Positions 1 through 14,219 of a stretch of 64,000 bases of DNA are shown here, in pieces. The stretch is from Octopus vulgaris. Its lineage: Eukaryota. Under the pieces are notes generated by a model. That model ran no database searches. It saw only the letters and a program-made list of their open reading frames with translations, and was not told where the DNA came from. A program made the position numbers and the translations under genes. The stretch covers positions 57,660,001 to 57,724,000 of the forward strand of contig OX597827.1 in assembly GCA_951406725.2 (NCBI GenBank). Reading direction: 5' to 3'. The first letter of the stretch is position 1, and each line of letters begins with the position of its first letter.

Positions 1-424
1 TTATTTACTATCAATGAGCTTAAAATTTATTCAAGCATTGATGTCAGGTTTCTTTCAACAGTAAATAATTCAGTTTCTCTGGGTGTGCTACATTGATGTT
101 GAGGTTTTGGGTCACATTGTTTCAGTATAGCTTTCCTGTCAAACATCTAGTTTTGGAGGAAAAAATGAATTTTTTTGTATTCAGGTATCTAACATAAATG
201 TATATATAGTTCAGAAGTCATGTGGTTCTAGATTTGATCTCATTACACAGCATTTTAGGCAAGTGTCTACTGGAGCCTCAAGTATACCAATAACTTGCAA
301 ATAGCACTTGTTAAATGGAAACTGTGAGGAAGCTCAATGCATGTATGTGTTTATACTAAGTTTTACATTCACACACTTATATCAGTAAGTAATACAGCCA
401 TTATATAATATATATATATATATA

Positions 425-825
425 TACTTTACCTTTTTAACTGTTTCAGTCATTAGACTGCAGCCATGCTGGAGCAGTGCCTTGAAGAATTTTTAGTTGA
501 ATGAATACACCCTAGTACTTATTGTTTCATTTTTTAAAGTTTTTTTTTTAAACCTTGTCTTTGTTGCTAAACTGCTAAGTTACAGGGACATAAACACACC
601 AACACTGGTTGTCAAGCGGTGGAGGATGGACAAACACACATACACACACACAAATATATAAATGACAGACTTCTTTCAGTTTCTTTCTACCAAATCCAAT
701 CACAATGCTTTGGTCAGTCCAAGACTATAATAGAAGGCACTTGCCCAAGGTGCCACACAGTGGGGCTGAACCCAGAATCATGTTATTGGGAAGCAAGTTC
801 TTACCACACAGCCACACCTGCACCT
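425..825 (-). mobile_element. tRNA-derived CORE-like SINE (octopus OR-type), diverged copy
   Basis: Reverse complement has a tRNA-like head, CCTTGGGCAAGTG core, internal (TA/TG)n tract and a CCAGCATGGCTGCAGTC tail, as in the better copies at 41570 and 47326. Confidence 0.8.
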
Positions 826-3800
826 GTTTATATATATATTTGATTAATGAGAGATGGAAGCTACGGGAATGTTGATTAATCTTCAGTTTACATCTGGTTT
901 CTAAGCTGGCATGGGTTGGAGGACTGTGTCCTGTCTCAATATCTCAATTCTGGTACAGTTTCTATTGCTGGATGCCATTCTAATACCAAACACTCTGCAG
1001 AATGTACTGGGTTACCCTCAAGGTATCATGTTCCAGAAGATGTATACATGAACAAACATGTATTTGGAAGCATAAGAAACAAATATTTGGATATATAAAA
1101 CATATCAAAGAGTGTAAATATACTGTCAAAGAACATGAGATTTTAAAGAATGAGTGAGCGTGTGTGTGAAAAATAATCAAGTAAAAAATGCTCTAAGGCA
1201 ATTGTACTGAAGACAACGACCCAGTTTCAATACATGACTTTAATTATTTGTGTTATGTCATGGAATAGTAAAATGTGAACATTACATCTTATTACTCTGC
1301 CTTTCAAGGTTCCAGGCTACATTTATAAGCGAGAAACAATATTAATTGATCTACACTGGAAAAACATTATCATCTGGAACAACAAAAGACAAAAAGGTGA
1401 TAATCTCTGACGGAAAGTGAACAAACCACATCTATGACTGTGTTTGCAGTCAAGTTATTTGTATTTAGAATTTGAATGTGTGTGTGTGTGTGTGTGTGCA
1501 TACATGATGAAAAAGTGGAGTATAACTTAAATGCTTCAATTAGGTTTGCCTTTATTCTGAGTAAAATTCCTTAGGATTTAGCAGCTTTCTATTTAACCTC
1601 CTAAAAGGGATCAGGATTCGATAAATTAAGTAACTAAAGACTCTATATGTGTTTATGTGTATGAAGAAAATGGCCAATTGAATACATTACCAGATTAACA
1701 ACCTAATCATCTTGAGTTCAAATCCACTACAGGTATTTTATTCCAAGCTATCAGTTATAGGTCCACAGATTATCTGAGAAAGATTTATCTCACAGCCACT
1801 TAACACCTTTAAACCAGAGCAAAACACCCGCTAAACCCTTTAGCATTCAGATTACTCTGTCAAATGTAATGCTTATTTATTCCCATTGTTTTGAATTAAC
1901 CATGGATTATCTTGTAGCTTTGAGATTTTCATGATGTGATTGATTATTTTTAGAAGGACATTGCAGAGTAAGTGTGAGAGGTTGCATCTGGCTGGTTTGA
2001 ATATAAAACAAGTAGAATTTTTAGGCACCATATGACTGTTTGAATGCTAAGGGCTAGAACTACAGTACAGGCTAGAATTACATCTATACACCAATACTTC
2101 ACTTATCCACTAAACACCTCATGCCTTATTATTTTAGCAGCCACTTTTCCATGCTTGCAAAGGTCACACAGCACTTATTGAGGTAAATCTTTTACAACTA
2201 GACATCCTTCCTGTTGCCAACCCTCACCTGTTCCCAATTCCAAGCAAAGTACATTTACCTGCTGGCCAGACATGTACTTTGCAGACTATTGGAAATGAAT
2301 GCCATTCATTTATAGCAATCACATGATGTCAAAAGACAAGGGGACACAAACATTCACAGGCATAATACACACACAGACAGACATGCACATGCACACACAC
2401 AGAGCAAGTTTCTTTCAGTTTCCATATACCAAATCTATTTCCGAGGCTTTAGTCAGCCAGAGGTCACAGTAGAAAATATTTAAAGTGTCACGTAGCGAGA
2501 CTAAATTTGAAACTACAAGATTTGGAAGCAAACTTCTGTAGCACACAACCATGCCTGCATCTTAATATCTTTTTTTAAACAACTATAAAAATGAAAACTT
2601 AAGAATTGCACACAAAAAAATGCTAAACCTTTATAATGATTCATCTTAAAACTTTTGAATTAACTCACCATTCCAATGAAGATTACTAATTTAGCTAATT
2701 TCTAGACCTAGTGCATCTCAACACAACATAGCTAATGAAAATAGCCATTGAGCAGGGTGCTACAACTCTAGTGACTTTTTAAAATAATGTTGCTAGTTTC
2801 ATTGTAAGTGGTTTAGTCATTTTAATTAATTAGATGAACTTATCACATTCCATGGCAAAATGATAATTTCAAGGATTAAACATATTTAGGAATTTAGAAA
2901 TGGCCATAAGCAGTAGTCATAGTCAAGAATGTAACAACCACATATAACACACGTGTATGTGAATTTGCTTCTTAATGATTAGATATTAGGAAACAATGGA
3001 ATTGTTAAGGTTTTCTGTGCATGCATGCACATGCATGTATGTATGTGTATGCATGTATTTCAGTTGAGGAATGCTGAGAATATACATATCTACACACAAA
3101 CACCCACACAAAGCTCTGAGGCACTAATTTTAGAGTCATTCTATGTATATGTTTATATCACAACTTCACTGTTGATTAGCCTCCAGTGCTGAAGGTGGAG
3201 CCTAAAATGCAGTATTTCATGTGTACACATACCTAAGTGCATGCATGCATACAGAATCAATAATTAAATCTGTAAATTTATTTGGAGAAATATAATTATC
3301 ACACAAAGTAACAACCTTGCTAACCTTTCCAATTGCCTGTAGAAATCTTTTAATTTTTGTTTAGTTCTCTGTCAGAAACAATTGAGAACTTTTGTAGTAC
3401 ATTGTTTTAGCACTAGGTGTACTGTTACTTAACTGCGTTCAGATTTAATGTTATACACTGTATTTTATTCAGCTAAATGGTAGTATTGTTAACAAATCTT
3501 ACAAGTATTTAAAGCATTTTTGCCAAAATTATGACTAACACTATCATATATACCAGCTTAACTATCAACACTGCCACAGACACCAATAAACATTACCATC
3601 AATTCTATAATCACCACCACAACCATCAACATCACAAATACTGCCTCTTCAACTAACAACACTATGACAATTCTAACCAATACCACCACAACTATTCATC
3701 ATTGAAGGCCTTGATAAATGTAATGCTATCCTATATTCCATCTTGTAAACTCCATCTCAAATTCCATCATATAATCTCCACTTGCAAATCAAGACCTTTA

Positions 3801-5022
3801 AGCATTCATCATCATTGTTTAACATCTGCTTTCCATGCTGGCATGGGTTTGATGAGCCATCCCTGTAATAAATGTTAATACCACAAATACCATTAGTTAT
3901 ATTTCTAATGATAAACACAGTCCATGTGTTTAAATTTTTTTTTTAAATGAAGTATTTGGAAGAGTTTAAAATAACCTTGATCATTATTAAGCTGATGTTT
4001 GGAACCTACTTAAAAGGTTCTTATACAAGATTGATGACAGAAGGCTTACATTTAAATATTTTAAAATAGACAGTTTTGTATCACAGAGCCATAGGCAATC
4101 TCCAACAAGTTATCAAAGGGGTTAATGTTCTATATAGAAATAAAATACACACTGCAAGACTGTTTCTCAGTTTAAAAACTCTGCATGTAATATGGTGTGT
4201 GATGTATTTAGGGTTAAAAACAAAAATGTAACAACATTAATCCATATGTGATAAACCAATTGCAGCATAGTACAGACATAGATTATGGCTTTTCAAACAC
4301 TTGCTTCACAAACCATAAAACACCAGAATTTTGATTTTCTTTACAATGTCCTATAAACATTAACATTAAAGAAAATTAGGATAAATGTCTAGCAAAATAA
4401 AAAAAAAATTAAAAATTAAAAACATGATTTAAAAAGCAGAAAAAAAAATGAGAAAAAAAAAATGTGCACCAAGAATTTTTCTTTCATATCAACAGCTGCA
4501 GATTAACGTTAAACTTTCCAATCTAAACTCAGTAGAAATTGATGAGAGAAAAATCAATAGCTTAGCAATTAGATATAAATACAAGTTCGGAAATTCAGTT
4601 AAGTATAGATTATTTGAGATAGCATCATACTAGATCTGACACAGACTCCTGCCACTAAGCTTTTGTTCTTGTGGGTTAGAGAGAGAGAATGGGAAAAAGA
4701 GACGAAACGACAGACATTCCATTCATTATATGTGAAAATAAAATAATAATTAAAAGCATGCAGCTCATGCTTGGTTCATGAACTTTAAAGTTTATACTAT
4801 ATTTATGGAGAATAATAAAATGAACTAAACTCCCCTCGTTCAACATCATATTGCTAATAGGTTGCATGCAATTCAAAATAAAAACTTGGCAAGAAGACAT
4901 GTGTAGTACAATATGTAGACAGCTATATCAATGTGAAATTGAAACAGCAGTGTCGACAGAACCCTTAGTGTTAAGATAGAGTATGGTTTAAAGGATGGAG
5001 AAATCTATTGGATAATCTAATC

Positions 5023-5258
5023 CAGCAGTTCTCAACCAGGGTCCATATAAGATTTTTGTGGTTAAAATTTACGTGCAATAAATTATTTATACTTCTACAA
5101 TACACAAAATATTTTAATTTCTTCATACAATTCCTAATAATATTTAGTTATAAAACAATAGGATTTTTTTTATTGATACATTGAGTGGCTATGGAGATCC
5201 AGTAGAGTAAAATGGGAATGAAAGGGGTCCATGGGCAAAAAATGGTAGAGAACTACTG
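5023..5258. mobile_element. hAT MITE
   Basis: TIRs CAGCAGTTCTCAACC / GGTAGAGAACTACTG; perfect 8-bp TSD ATCTAATC at 5015-5022 and 5259-5266. Confidence 0.9.
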
Positions 5259-6875
5259 ATCTAATCCAATTTTAAGACATTTTGATAATCCGAGAAAGAT
5301 GTTTAACAATCGTTCACAGACCATCAAATCTATAGATTGCATATGGTTTTCATCGCCATATCAAGCCAATCTTATTGATGGATATACTCCCTTGCCCTCC
5401 ACCCCATTTACTCCCTTTTTTGTTGGGTGATAAGAATTAGAATAACTAAGATAAACAGATGGCAAATAAGAAAGTCATTGTTTCATTAGACGAAGAGGTT
5501 AATTAATGACCCAAGAACCAGAACAACCCATAACCCATTAGCATTTAAACCAGCTGTAAAAGACACACAACTAGACTTGCTGAGTCAATGCGAAAACCTC
5601 TACATCAGCAGTTCTCAAACAGGGGCTACACAATACCATGTAAAATAACAACTTGGGAATCCACAGACATAGAAAAGCAGACATTAAAATAATGATGATG
5701 ATCAGGTGCAAATGTTAGACCAAACCTACTGGTCAAGACCAGGCACAGTTCATTCGACAAGCTTCTATAGTTACTGTCTACCCAACTTCACTCACATGGT
5801 TTGAGTTACCCCTGCAGCTATTATAGAAGATATCTGCTCAAGATGCTGCTTAATAGGATTAAAGCCAGAACCGCATGGCTGTGTTAAGTGAACTTCTTAG
5901 CCACAAAGCTTTGCCTGCACTTGTTGAACAGAAGTCAAATCACGGATAAATTGTAAAAAGAGCAAATTAGGTCAAAACAGTAAATATCTCCAACTACTTC
6001 ACCTTGATATTTTCAATGCCCATGAATGTTGTATAACAAAGAACAAGGTACGACAAAAAATATCATGGATCCTCATCGGTTTGAGTAGAACAGACCAGTA
6101 AAGTAACTTTCCTCATACCATCCCCATGCTTCACTATTTTCTTATTGCAATGTTACAATTCAATATCGGACTTAAACACTTTATCTCAAACCATCAGTGG
6201 GCTTACTCCCATCATATTACTATTAGTTTAAATACCAACATGCGTAATCTATTTGATGTGACTTTTGTCAATGTTTCAAAAGTCATAAAATAATACTTCA
6301 TCACATTATCACCAAATCTATTAGCTTTTAGTCATTTTATATTTTATTTTTGTCTTCTGGGTACTGTTTTTAAGTTTACTCTTCAAACCTACACATTTTA
6401 TAATTTCTATATCATCATTGTAAACATTATGTTCTCGTATCGCCCAGACCAACTCTAATCAAACATGATTATGATGAAAGGTAATCCAGTCATGACCATC
6501 CCACCATTTTTTTTCCATGTAAGACACTGCACTGTTTGGTGTGTATTCCACATTTTTTTTTACAATGGTACAGTATGATCTGAAAGGGAGACAAGCAGAC
6601 CAGACAACCACAAAGGGTCCCACTTTAGCTCAACTATAAACATTGTTATAGTCTCAAGTAAATTGCTGTAAGTGATTGCTTCAATCTAGGTGAAGGAATA
6701 TGGACCAGACACATGCCATAAATCAGCCACACCAAATGTTTATTACCAAAACTTGCCAGACCATCCAATCATGGAACAAAACTGTCATTCTTCTTCTTTG
6801 TAAAAAAAAAATAGAAAATGGTAATATACTTCATAATTAATGAAACTGACAGTCTTAAAGATGAATTATATATAG

Positions 6876-6928
<53 letters not shown>

Positions 6929-7610
6929 CATTTCACTGATGTGCTCTCCTTCCCATAAGAAACTTGAAATAATGGAAGCTTTAAAAAATCATAATTATCC
7001 TACAAGATAAGCACTTCGTTAGTACTACTACATTATATATACAGACACACACAGCACATAAGTACACGCACAACATCCACACATACATTTACATACATAC
7101 ACACCTGCATGAGCGACAACCACAGTTTCAGGTTTGTTCTGAGTACACTGCATCTGAGACAAATATCTTCTACCATAGCCTTATAAGTGAATTTTGGTAA
7201 ATGGAAACTGTGTTGAAGCTCATTGCATAAATACCAGAGTTATGTACTGGGATTGAACTATTCGACTAAAAGATTCCCTTCAAAGCATGGCCAAAGTCCA
7301 GTGACAGAAACAACAAAAAGATAGATGTAAGAACTGCAAACTTTGCAAGCTGCAGTACAGACAGCCTGTCTATGAGAGCAACATATCTGAATTCAAAAAG
7401 GCAATACAACAAAGAAGGGAATCTTTATTGACACAGTAGACCACCTCCCATGTGCAAGAGGCACAATAAAATGCATTAAATCCATGTGTAAAATATTTTG
7501 CAATAAAGAAATCCCTTTAGCATTCAGATTATTTTGTCATATGTAATGATTATTTATTCACATTGTTATTAATTTATCATGCATCAACTTGTAGCTTCAA
7601 AATGTTGATT

Positions 7611-8195
7611 GTAGAGAGATCCTGTGGAAGAGGTAGACCCAGGAAGATGTGGGATGAGGTGGTGAAATATGCTCTTTGGCTGGTGAGTCTCATGGAGGTG
7701 ATAACAAGTGACCGAGACTTCTGGTGATTTGTTGTGTTTGAGAAGACACGTCAAGCCAAGTGAAATCCTGGTAGTGACCAGTGACATGTGTAAAAGGCAC
7801 CCAGCAAACTCTGTAGAGTGGTTGGTATTAAGAAGGGCATCCAGTTGTAGAAACCAAGCCAAAACAGGCTAGAGCCTGCAACTCTCAGGCTTACCTGCCT
7901 CCAGTCACACCATCAAACCCAGGAGTTCTCAACCAGGGTCTATATATGGCCCCTGGGGGCATGTAAGATTTTGTTAAAGTATTTTGTGTATTGTAAAAGT
8001 GTAACCAATAAATTTTAACAATTTTTTAATACAATTCCTTATGATATTTAATTCTGAAACTATAATAGGATTTTTTTAAACACTGAATGGCTACGAGGAT
8101 CCAGTAGAATAAAACAGGAATCAAAGAGGTCTACAGGCAAAAAAATGGATGAGAATCACTGGTCTAACCCAACATGGAAAACAAACGTTAAATGA
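7611..8195 (+). mobile_element. 5'-truncated RTE-clade LINE (ORF C-terminus, 3' UTR, (TGA)n tail), interrupted by a hAT MITE
   Basis: From 7611 it translates VERSCGRGRPRKMWDEVVK...TSDRDFW*FVVFEKTRQAK*, the typical RTE GRGRP..W...V...DR..W end. The 3' UTR GAAGGGCATCCAG...CATGGAAAA...GTTAAATGATGATG is shared with many short copies. Confidence 0.8.
7920..8161. mobile_element. hAT MITE of the same family, nested in an RTE tail
   Basis: Ends CAGGAGTTCTCAACC / GGATGAGAATCACTG; degenerate 8-bp TSD ATCAAACC / GTCTAACC; interior homologous to 5023-5258. Confidence 0.85.
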
Positions 8196-8762
8196 TGATG
8201 AATGACACTGTGGAGTAGGTGTGTGTGTGGCTAGATTTGGCCAGTTTGAACAAAAAAACAGGTAACATATTTAGGCCAGATATGGCCAGTTTAAATGCCA
8301 AAGAGTTAAAACCCACAGTAAAAATTATGACATACACATAAAAGATGGTCAGTTTTCTCTTGCTGTGTATTCCAATTGACAAAGGATTGTGACAAGAGGC
8401 AAGATGGTGTGAAAGACACCCAACACTTGACGGCATGTTAAAAATAATTTAAAAATTAATGTGGACTGATGATGTGAGAGTATAAAGGTGTGTGTGTGTA
8501 TGACTGAATGAATATGTGAGTGCCCCAAACAAGCTTCAACATATAATGCACAATGTACTTTCCTTCTCCTGTTACCCTCACTGTGACTACTTTTCCAGAC
8601 CCAACCTTCATTTCCAGAACTGCAATTCTCTGAAATCCTCTCTCAGGCCATGTTTTCTCAAGAGGCCAAGTTGACCAGCAACCATATGCATCTCAGCAAT
8701 CTCAGAGGACTTGCAAAGGTCATGGACACAGCTGCTCTTCTGCATATCTTATAAAGTATAGA

Positions 8763-8825
<63 letters not shown>

Positions 8826-9787
8826 TGTGTGTGTGTATTACATGTGCATGCTTCATCTGTAGTCATTTTGTTATCTCTTTACAACAGTAACAGTATGAAG
8901 TAAAATAACGAAAAAGTCTGATGCTGAAGTTCTCTGAAAACACACGATAACATTTATGGTTGTTTTTAGACTTCCATATTTTCAAATAGTGTGTGTGTGC
9001 ATGTGTGTGGTTCTCAATTTTATTCCTTTGGCAAGTAACTTGATCTGAGACTAGACACGAAAAACCAGTCTTAATTGTACAATATTACGAAATATTAAAA
9101 AGTCTTGTTATATTTCTGCAAATGACAACTAGCAAATTTTTGATAATGCTCAGGTGTTTTCTTAAACTAACACCTTGTCTTCTCTAGTTTGGTTCCACTG
9201 CATCAGATTATTATGCAAAATAATTCTTTTGTGTTCTGGCCAGTTGTGTTCTTGTTTATGAATGAATTTACTTTCCATTGTTTTTTTATTAATTTAAGTT
9301 TGCCTGTCTAGTGTATTGTTGCTTTTAGACTTTGAACCACTTGATCCTTTGTTACTTTCAAATTAAATTGTTTTTCCCTATCTGTCATTATTTCAAATTA
9401 TCTTTTTTTAATAATAGTTCAAAATATATATATATATATATTTTTGCATGGCTGAGCAGTTAAGAAGCATGCTTTGTAGCCATGTGAATTTGGATTTAAT
9501 CACACAGTGCAGCACCTTGGACTTGTCTAATGAGTTATGAGTGAATTAGAAACTGTGTGGAAGCCTGTCATGAGTGTGTGTGTGTCCTACTACCACAACT
9601 AGACAACTAGTGTTGGTTTGTTTATCTATAACTTAGTAGTTCTGCAAAAGAAACCACTAAAATGAGTAGCATTCTTTAATAAGTACTAAAGTCAATTTGT
9701 TCGCCTAAACTCTTCAAGGTGGTGCTCCAGCATGGCCATAATTCAATGACTAAAACAAGTAAAGGATAAAAGATCAGTACTATTTAA

Positions 9788-10001
9788 CCCTTTAACATTC
9801 AAATTACTCTGTCAATTGTAATGCTTATTCATATTGTATTGAATTAATTATGCATTATCTTGTAGCTTCAAGATTTTAATGTGATAGGTTATTTAAAGAA
9901 GGGCATTGGAGGGTAGGTGTGAGAGGCCAAATCTAGGCAGTTTAAACATAAAACAAGGCAGAATATGTGGGCTAGATATGGCTGGTTCAAATACTAAAGG
10001 G
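9788..10001. mobile_element. piggyBac-type MITE, family A
   Basis: TTAA|CCCTTTAACATT...AATACTAAAGGG|TTAA. Related copies near 1836-2053, 7513-8305, 11958-12445, 31305-31510 and 33735-34160. Confidence 0.85.
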
Positions 10002-10473
10002 TTAATAGCAAATTCCTCCTATGGAGGAACTGACTATCTTACAAAATATACCAATAGGATATTGCCCTTACTGGAGAACATAACAGAATACCCAAACCAT
10101 GTTTAATTCTTCTCACCTTATAGAAAAACCTTTGAGAAACACACTTATTAAATCATTAAAAAAAATCTTGCTATATAAAAAACTGTCAAACTGAACATTT
10201 TAATGGCAGACCTTGAAAGAATAGTGAAGAATGTGTCACACATGTGACCTCATGAATAATGGCAGTATATACTTTTACTTGTTTTGGTCATTTGACTGTG
10301 GCCATGCTGGAGCACTGCCACGAAGGGACTTTAGTCAACTAATCGACCCAAGGACATTTTTTAAGCCTAGTACTTATTCTATCAGTCTCTTTTGCTGAAT
10401 TGCTAAGTTATAGGAACATAAACACAGAACACCGCTTGTCAAGCAGTGATGGGGTGGTGGACAAATACAAAGA

Positions 10474-10519
<46 letters not shown>

Positions 10520-11118
10520 ACGTGTTTCAGTTTCTATCTACCAAATCCACCCACAAAGCTTTATCATGATATATAGTTAGTTACAGACAGGGTTAGAAGC
10601 CAAGATAATGTTTGAAAATATTCTAAAAAATTTTTTAAATAATAGAAAAAATTGATGTAGCTGAATCTACACTATCACAAAGTTTGGAAGAGAATAGTTT
10701 AAGAAAATATAACTGCTGTTGCCAGCTTGACAACATTACTGGCTGGGGAAGCTACATATGATAGTAAAATGGCTAATAGATTTAAGTAAATAATCCAAGA
10801 AGCTGATCTCAACATTCAAGTTGTGGAAAAAAGAAAAACAGGTAGATCCATCAGATCTATTTATCTAAAGCCCTACCCTTTTGACAGGTACATGTGTAGA
10901 AAGAAATGCCAAAGGCTTGCCAGAAACTCACAAAATTGCAAATAAAGACAATATAGTAATATAATATAGCCTTGTCAAGAAAAAAATGTGCACAAATCTT
11001 GAAACTTACATAGGAGAGACAGCTCAGACTACAGGTGAAAGGTTCAGGGAGCAGCACTGAAACCATAAAGGTACACACAGCTGTAAAAACCTATACTGAA
11101 AAGAAATCTATGTACATA

Positions 11119-11336
11119 TGAGTGGGATGCTGAAATGTTCCTGACTTTGAGTAAAAGAAAATATAAGAGGATCAGTTAATTATGATTTTATTTAACATAT
11201 TCCCCTCTCAGATTCACATACTTATTGCAGCGGTCCTCCAGTTTTTCTAAGCCCTGTAAGAGAACTTGGAAGGTTGGGCCTCCAGCCAAGCCTTTTGTGA
11301 TACCCTTAAAACCAGGAACTTTTCAGTGACCCCTTG
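11119..11336 (-). mobile_element. Internally deleted mariner element
   Basis: TA-flanked imperfect TIRs of about 30 bp (TGAGTGGGATGCTGAAATGTTCCTG / CAGGAACTTTTCAGTGACCCCTTG). The minus strand encodes LQGLEKLEDRCNKYVNLRGEYVK*, a mariner transposase C-terminus. Confidence 0.85.
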
Positions 11337-12036
11337 TATTTTTACCAATGTGTACTAGATGAACAGTGTTTCAAACAACAGATTCAATGTGTTCATCATA
11401 TCTACACATCCTCAATACAATACTAAGGCAGGAAATTGAATCAGAGTAAAAGACCATTCTTAACCTTAAGGCATGCATATATTCCTACCCTTTAGTTTAT
11501 ATATACACCCTCACCACCATCTCTTTTCCAGCTGGGGTAACCATGTATCTCTCCTACAAAAAGATAATCGCTCTTGTTTCTATATATTATATTTAAATCT
11601 CATCACCTGGCATAAAGCCAACTCCCTTGGAAGTACATCCTCCTCTGTTGAGAGGGTTTTGCCTTGCCAGCTACTTGATGGCCTCACCGGTAACAGTGCC
11701 ATGTAAAGAAACACCCAGTACACACTGTAAAGGGAGTGGCATCGGAATGGGTATCCAGTCATAGAAACCATGCCAAAGTAGACACTGGAACTTGGTGCAC
11801 TCATCTAGCTTGCCAACTCCTGTAGAACCATCCTACCCATGTCAGCATGGAAAGATGGATGTTAAATGGTGATGAAGATGATTTTGTGTGTGTGTTACCA
11901 TAATGGTTAAATATATTATCTCAGCAATAAGATAATAGGCAGATATTACCAACATTACTCTTCAGCATTCAGATTTCTTTGTCAGACATATTGCTTATTC
12001 ATTCACATTGTTTTGAATTAATTATATATTTTGTAG

Positions 12037-12425
12037 CTTCAAGATTTCAATGGTGTATTTGTATATTTTTAGAATGAGAATGTAGAGGTGTGAGGGACTG
12101 GATAAGGCCAGTTTTAACATAAAACAGGTAGAATATTTGGGGCCCTGTATCTGGATAAGGGTATCACAAAAGGCTTTGCTGGAGGCCCAACCTTCCAAGT
12201 TCTCTTACAGGGCTTAGAAAAACTGGAGGACTGCTGCAATAGGTATGTGAATCTGAGAGGGGAATATGTTTAATAAAATCATTAACTGATTCTCTTATAT
12301 TTTCTTCAAGATTTCAATGGTATGTTTGTATATTTTTAGAAGGAGAATGTAGATGTGTGAGGGACTGGATAAGGTCAGTTTTAACATAAACCAGGTAGAA
12401 TATTTGGGGCCCCTGTATATGGATA
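12037..12425. repeat. Direct duplication of about 120 bp flanking an inverted copy of the nearby mariner interior
   Basis: 12037-12157 is repeated at 12304-12425; 12157-12306 is the reverse complement of about 11155-11308. Confidence 0.9.
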
Positions 12426-13991
12426 CAGCCGGATTAAATGCATAACAAACGGTATCTCCAGAAGTTCAAAATTCACACCAATGAGAACAAGAATACTATT
12501 AATATCTATTTGCGAAAATAAATATATCGTACAGATAACAGGAAACCAGAGACAGCAGTGGGAGGGAGTGGAGTAAAGTGACAAATGTCCCACAGGTCCA
12601 AAGTGCAATAATAAAAAAAAAATGATTCACTCACACACAAAAGGAAAACTGACCAATTGTAAAAGAATTACCCTCATATCATAAGTAAACTAGCTTTTTT
12701 TAAGTTGACTGCAACTAGAAAGGAAAAACAGTAAGTAAAAACTTCCCCCATGTCTCGGCTTACAAAACAACTCTCAACAACCAGCTTTCAGCAGATGAGA
12801 TGCAGTGGAATTGTACTAGTAACCAGGTCGTAGAAGTACAAAATCCACTGACACTTCACAATAGGTTGTTATTATGCTGTTTAAAAAAATCACTGAACAT
12901 AAACAGCTATTGTATAATTCATTTCTAAATAGCCAAACTGACTTCCATAATGTAACTGTTATACAATTACAATTCATATGTAATCATGTTTTCTTTCTTT
13001 ATTTACTTTTAAAATATCGTATTTATATGCAAAAACACTAATGGCTTATTTCTTTATTTTTTTCCAGAGTGGTAAATGAAATCCAAATGGCTAGCCCTAT
13101 GTTGTCAAACCAGTTTGTTTTACATGTATTGTAGAAAATTAAACAACACTAATAACAGTGTGGTGACAATACTTGCCTAGTGTGACAAGATTATTATATT
13201 GAAATATTCCGGATAGTAGCACACAAATAACTGTGTTTCTTTCCTTTCCTTTTCCTTTTTTTTATTATTTTTTGGGGGGGGGGGGGGGAGGTCACTTGTA
13301 TGACCCATCTTATCAAATTACAACTTCATGATGTGGAAATAAAAATTTGAATATGTACTTATTTCTCTCGCATACATATACAAAATTTCACAAACACACA
13401 CACACACACACACACACACGAACAAGGGGGGGGGGGGAAGAAAGAACAAAAAAGAAATTACAACATTCGCTTGACTTCCCACTGATGTCAAATAGCTTCA
13501 GCGGAATCTGTTCCCAAACCCTGTATAACTAACTATATTAAACCAAGATCGCACTCACATGTATATTTGTGTACGTGTGTGTGTGTAGCTTGCGATTAAT
13601 TATTAATGAGATGAGTTATAATTTTCTAAACATCCAAGTATCGAATTGATTCACAGGTCTGTCCCATAAACATCAACTCAACTATGAATGAAGGGAGCCT
13701 CTTCATGGTTAAAAATAGCAGCTAAACATCTCAGATCACACACTGCCTTCGCTTAAAAACAAAGATACATTACAAAGTCTTAACACTCCAATAAAGACAG
13801 GATGGTCAAAGCTAGACCACTTTTTGATCAAAGCTGACCCAATAAATTCACCCAAGTGCAAATCTTTCCTTTTCTTATACATCTCAGTCTCTGAATGAGA
13901 ATGAAACAAGGCAGGCAAGCACACACACATACAGGTCTATAAGATTCTATAAAAGTTCAGCATATTTTCAGTATTTTATATCAGAAATTTC

Positions 13992-14219
13992 TTACATTAT
14001 ATTTACATTTGACGGATATTTGTTCTCATTTTGTTTGTTGTTAACACAATGTCTTGGCTGATATACCCTCCAGACTTCATCTTGGAGAAATTTCAAACCT
14101 GGGTTCTCATTCCTAAGGTATTTTTCGATATTATTATTATTGTTATTCAGGTCACTGCCTGGGATCAAACTCGGAATCTTGGAGTTAGTAGCCCACGCTC
14201 TTAACCACTACACCATATG
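13992..14219 (-). mobile_element. tRNA-headed SINE with a degenerate hammerhead-like core
   Basis: Minus strand TGGTGTAGTGGTTAAGAGCG (A box), GAGTTTGATCCC (B-box-like), an (AAT)n spacer, then GATGAA-GTCTG-N10-CAGCC-AAGAC-ATT-GTGTT. Confidence 0.65.

Noticed and set aside
3530-3700. Thr/Asn-rich mucin-like stretch
   Set aside because: Decayed (ACN)n trinucleotide repeat with no splice signals or sustained frame.
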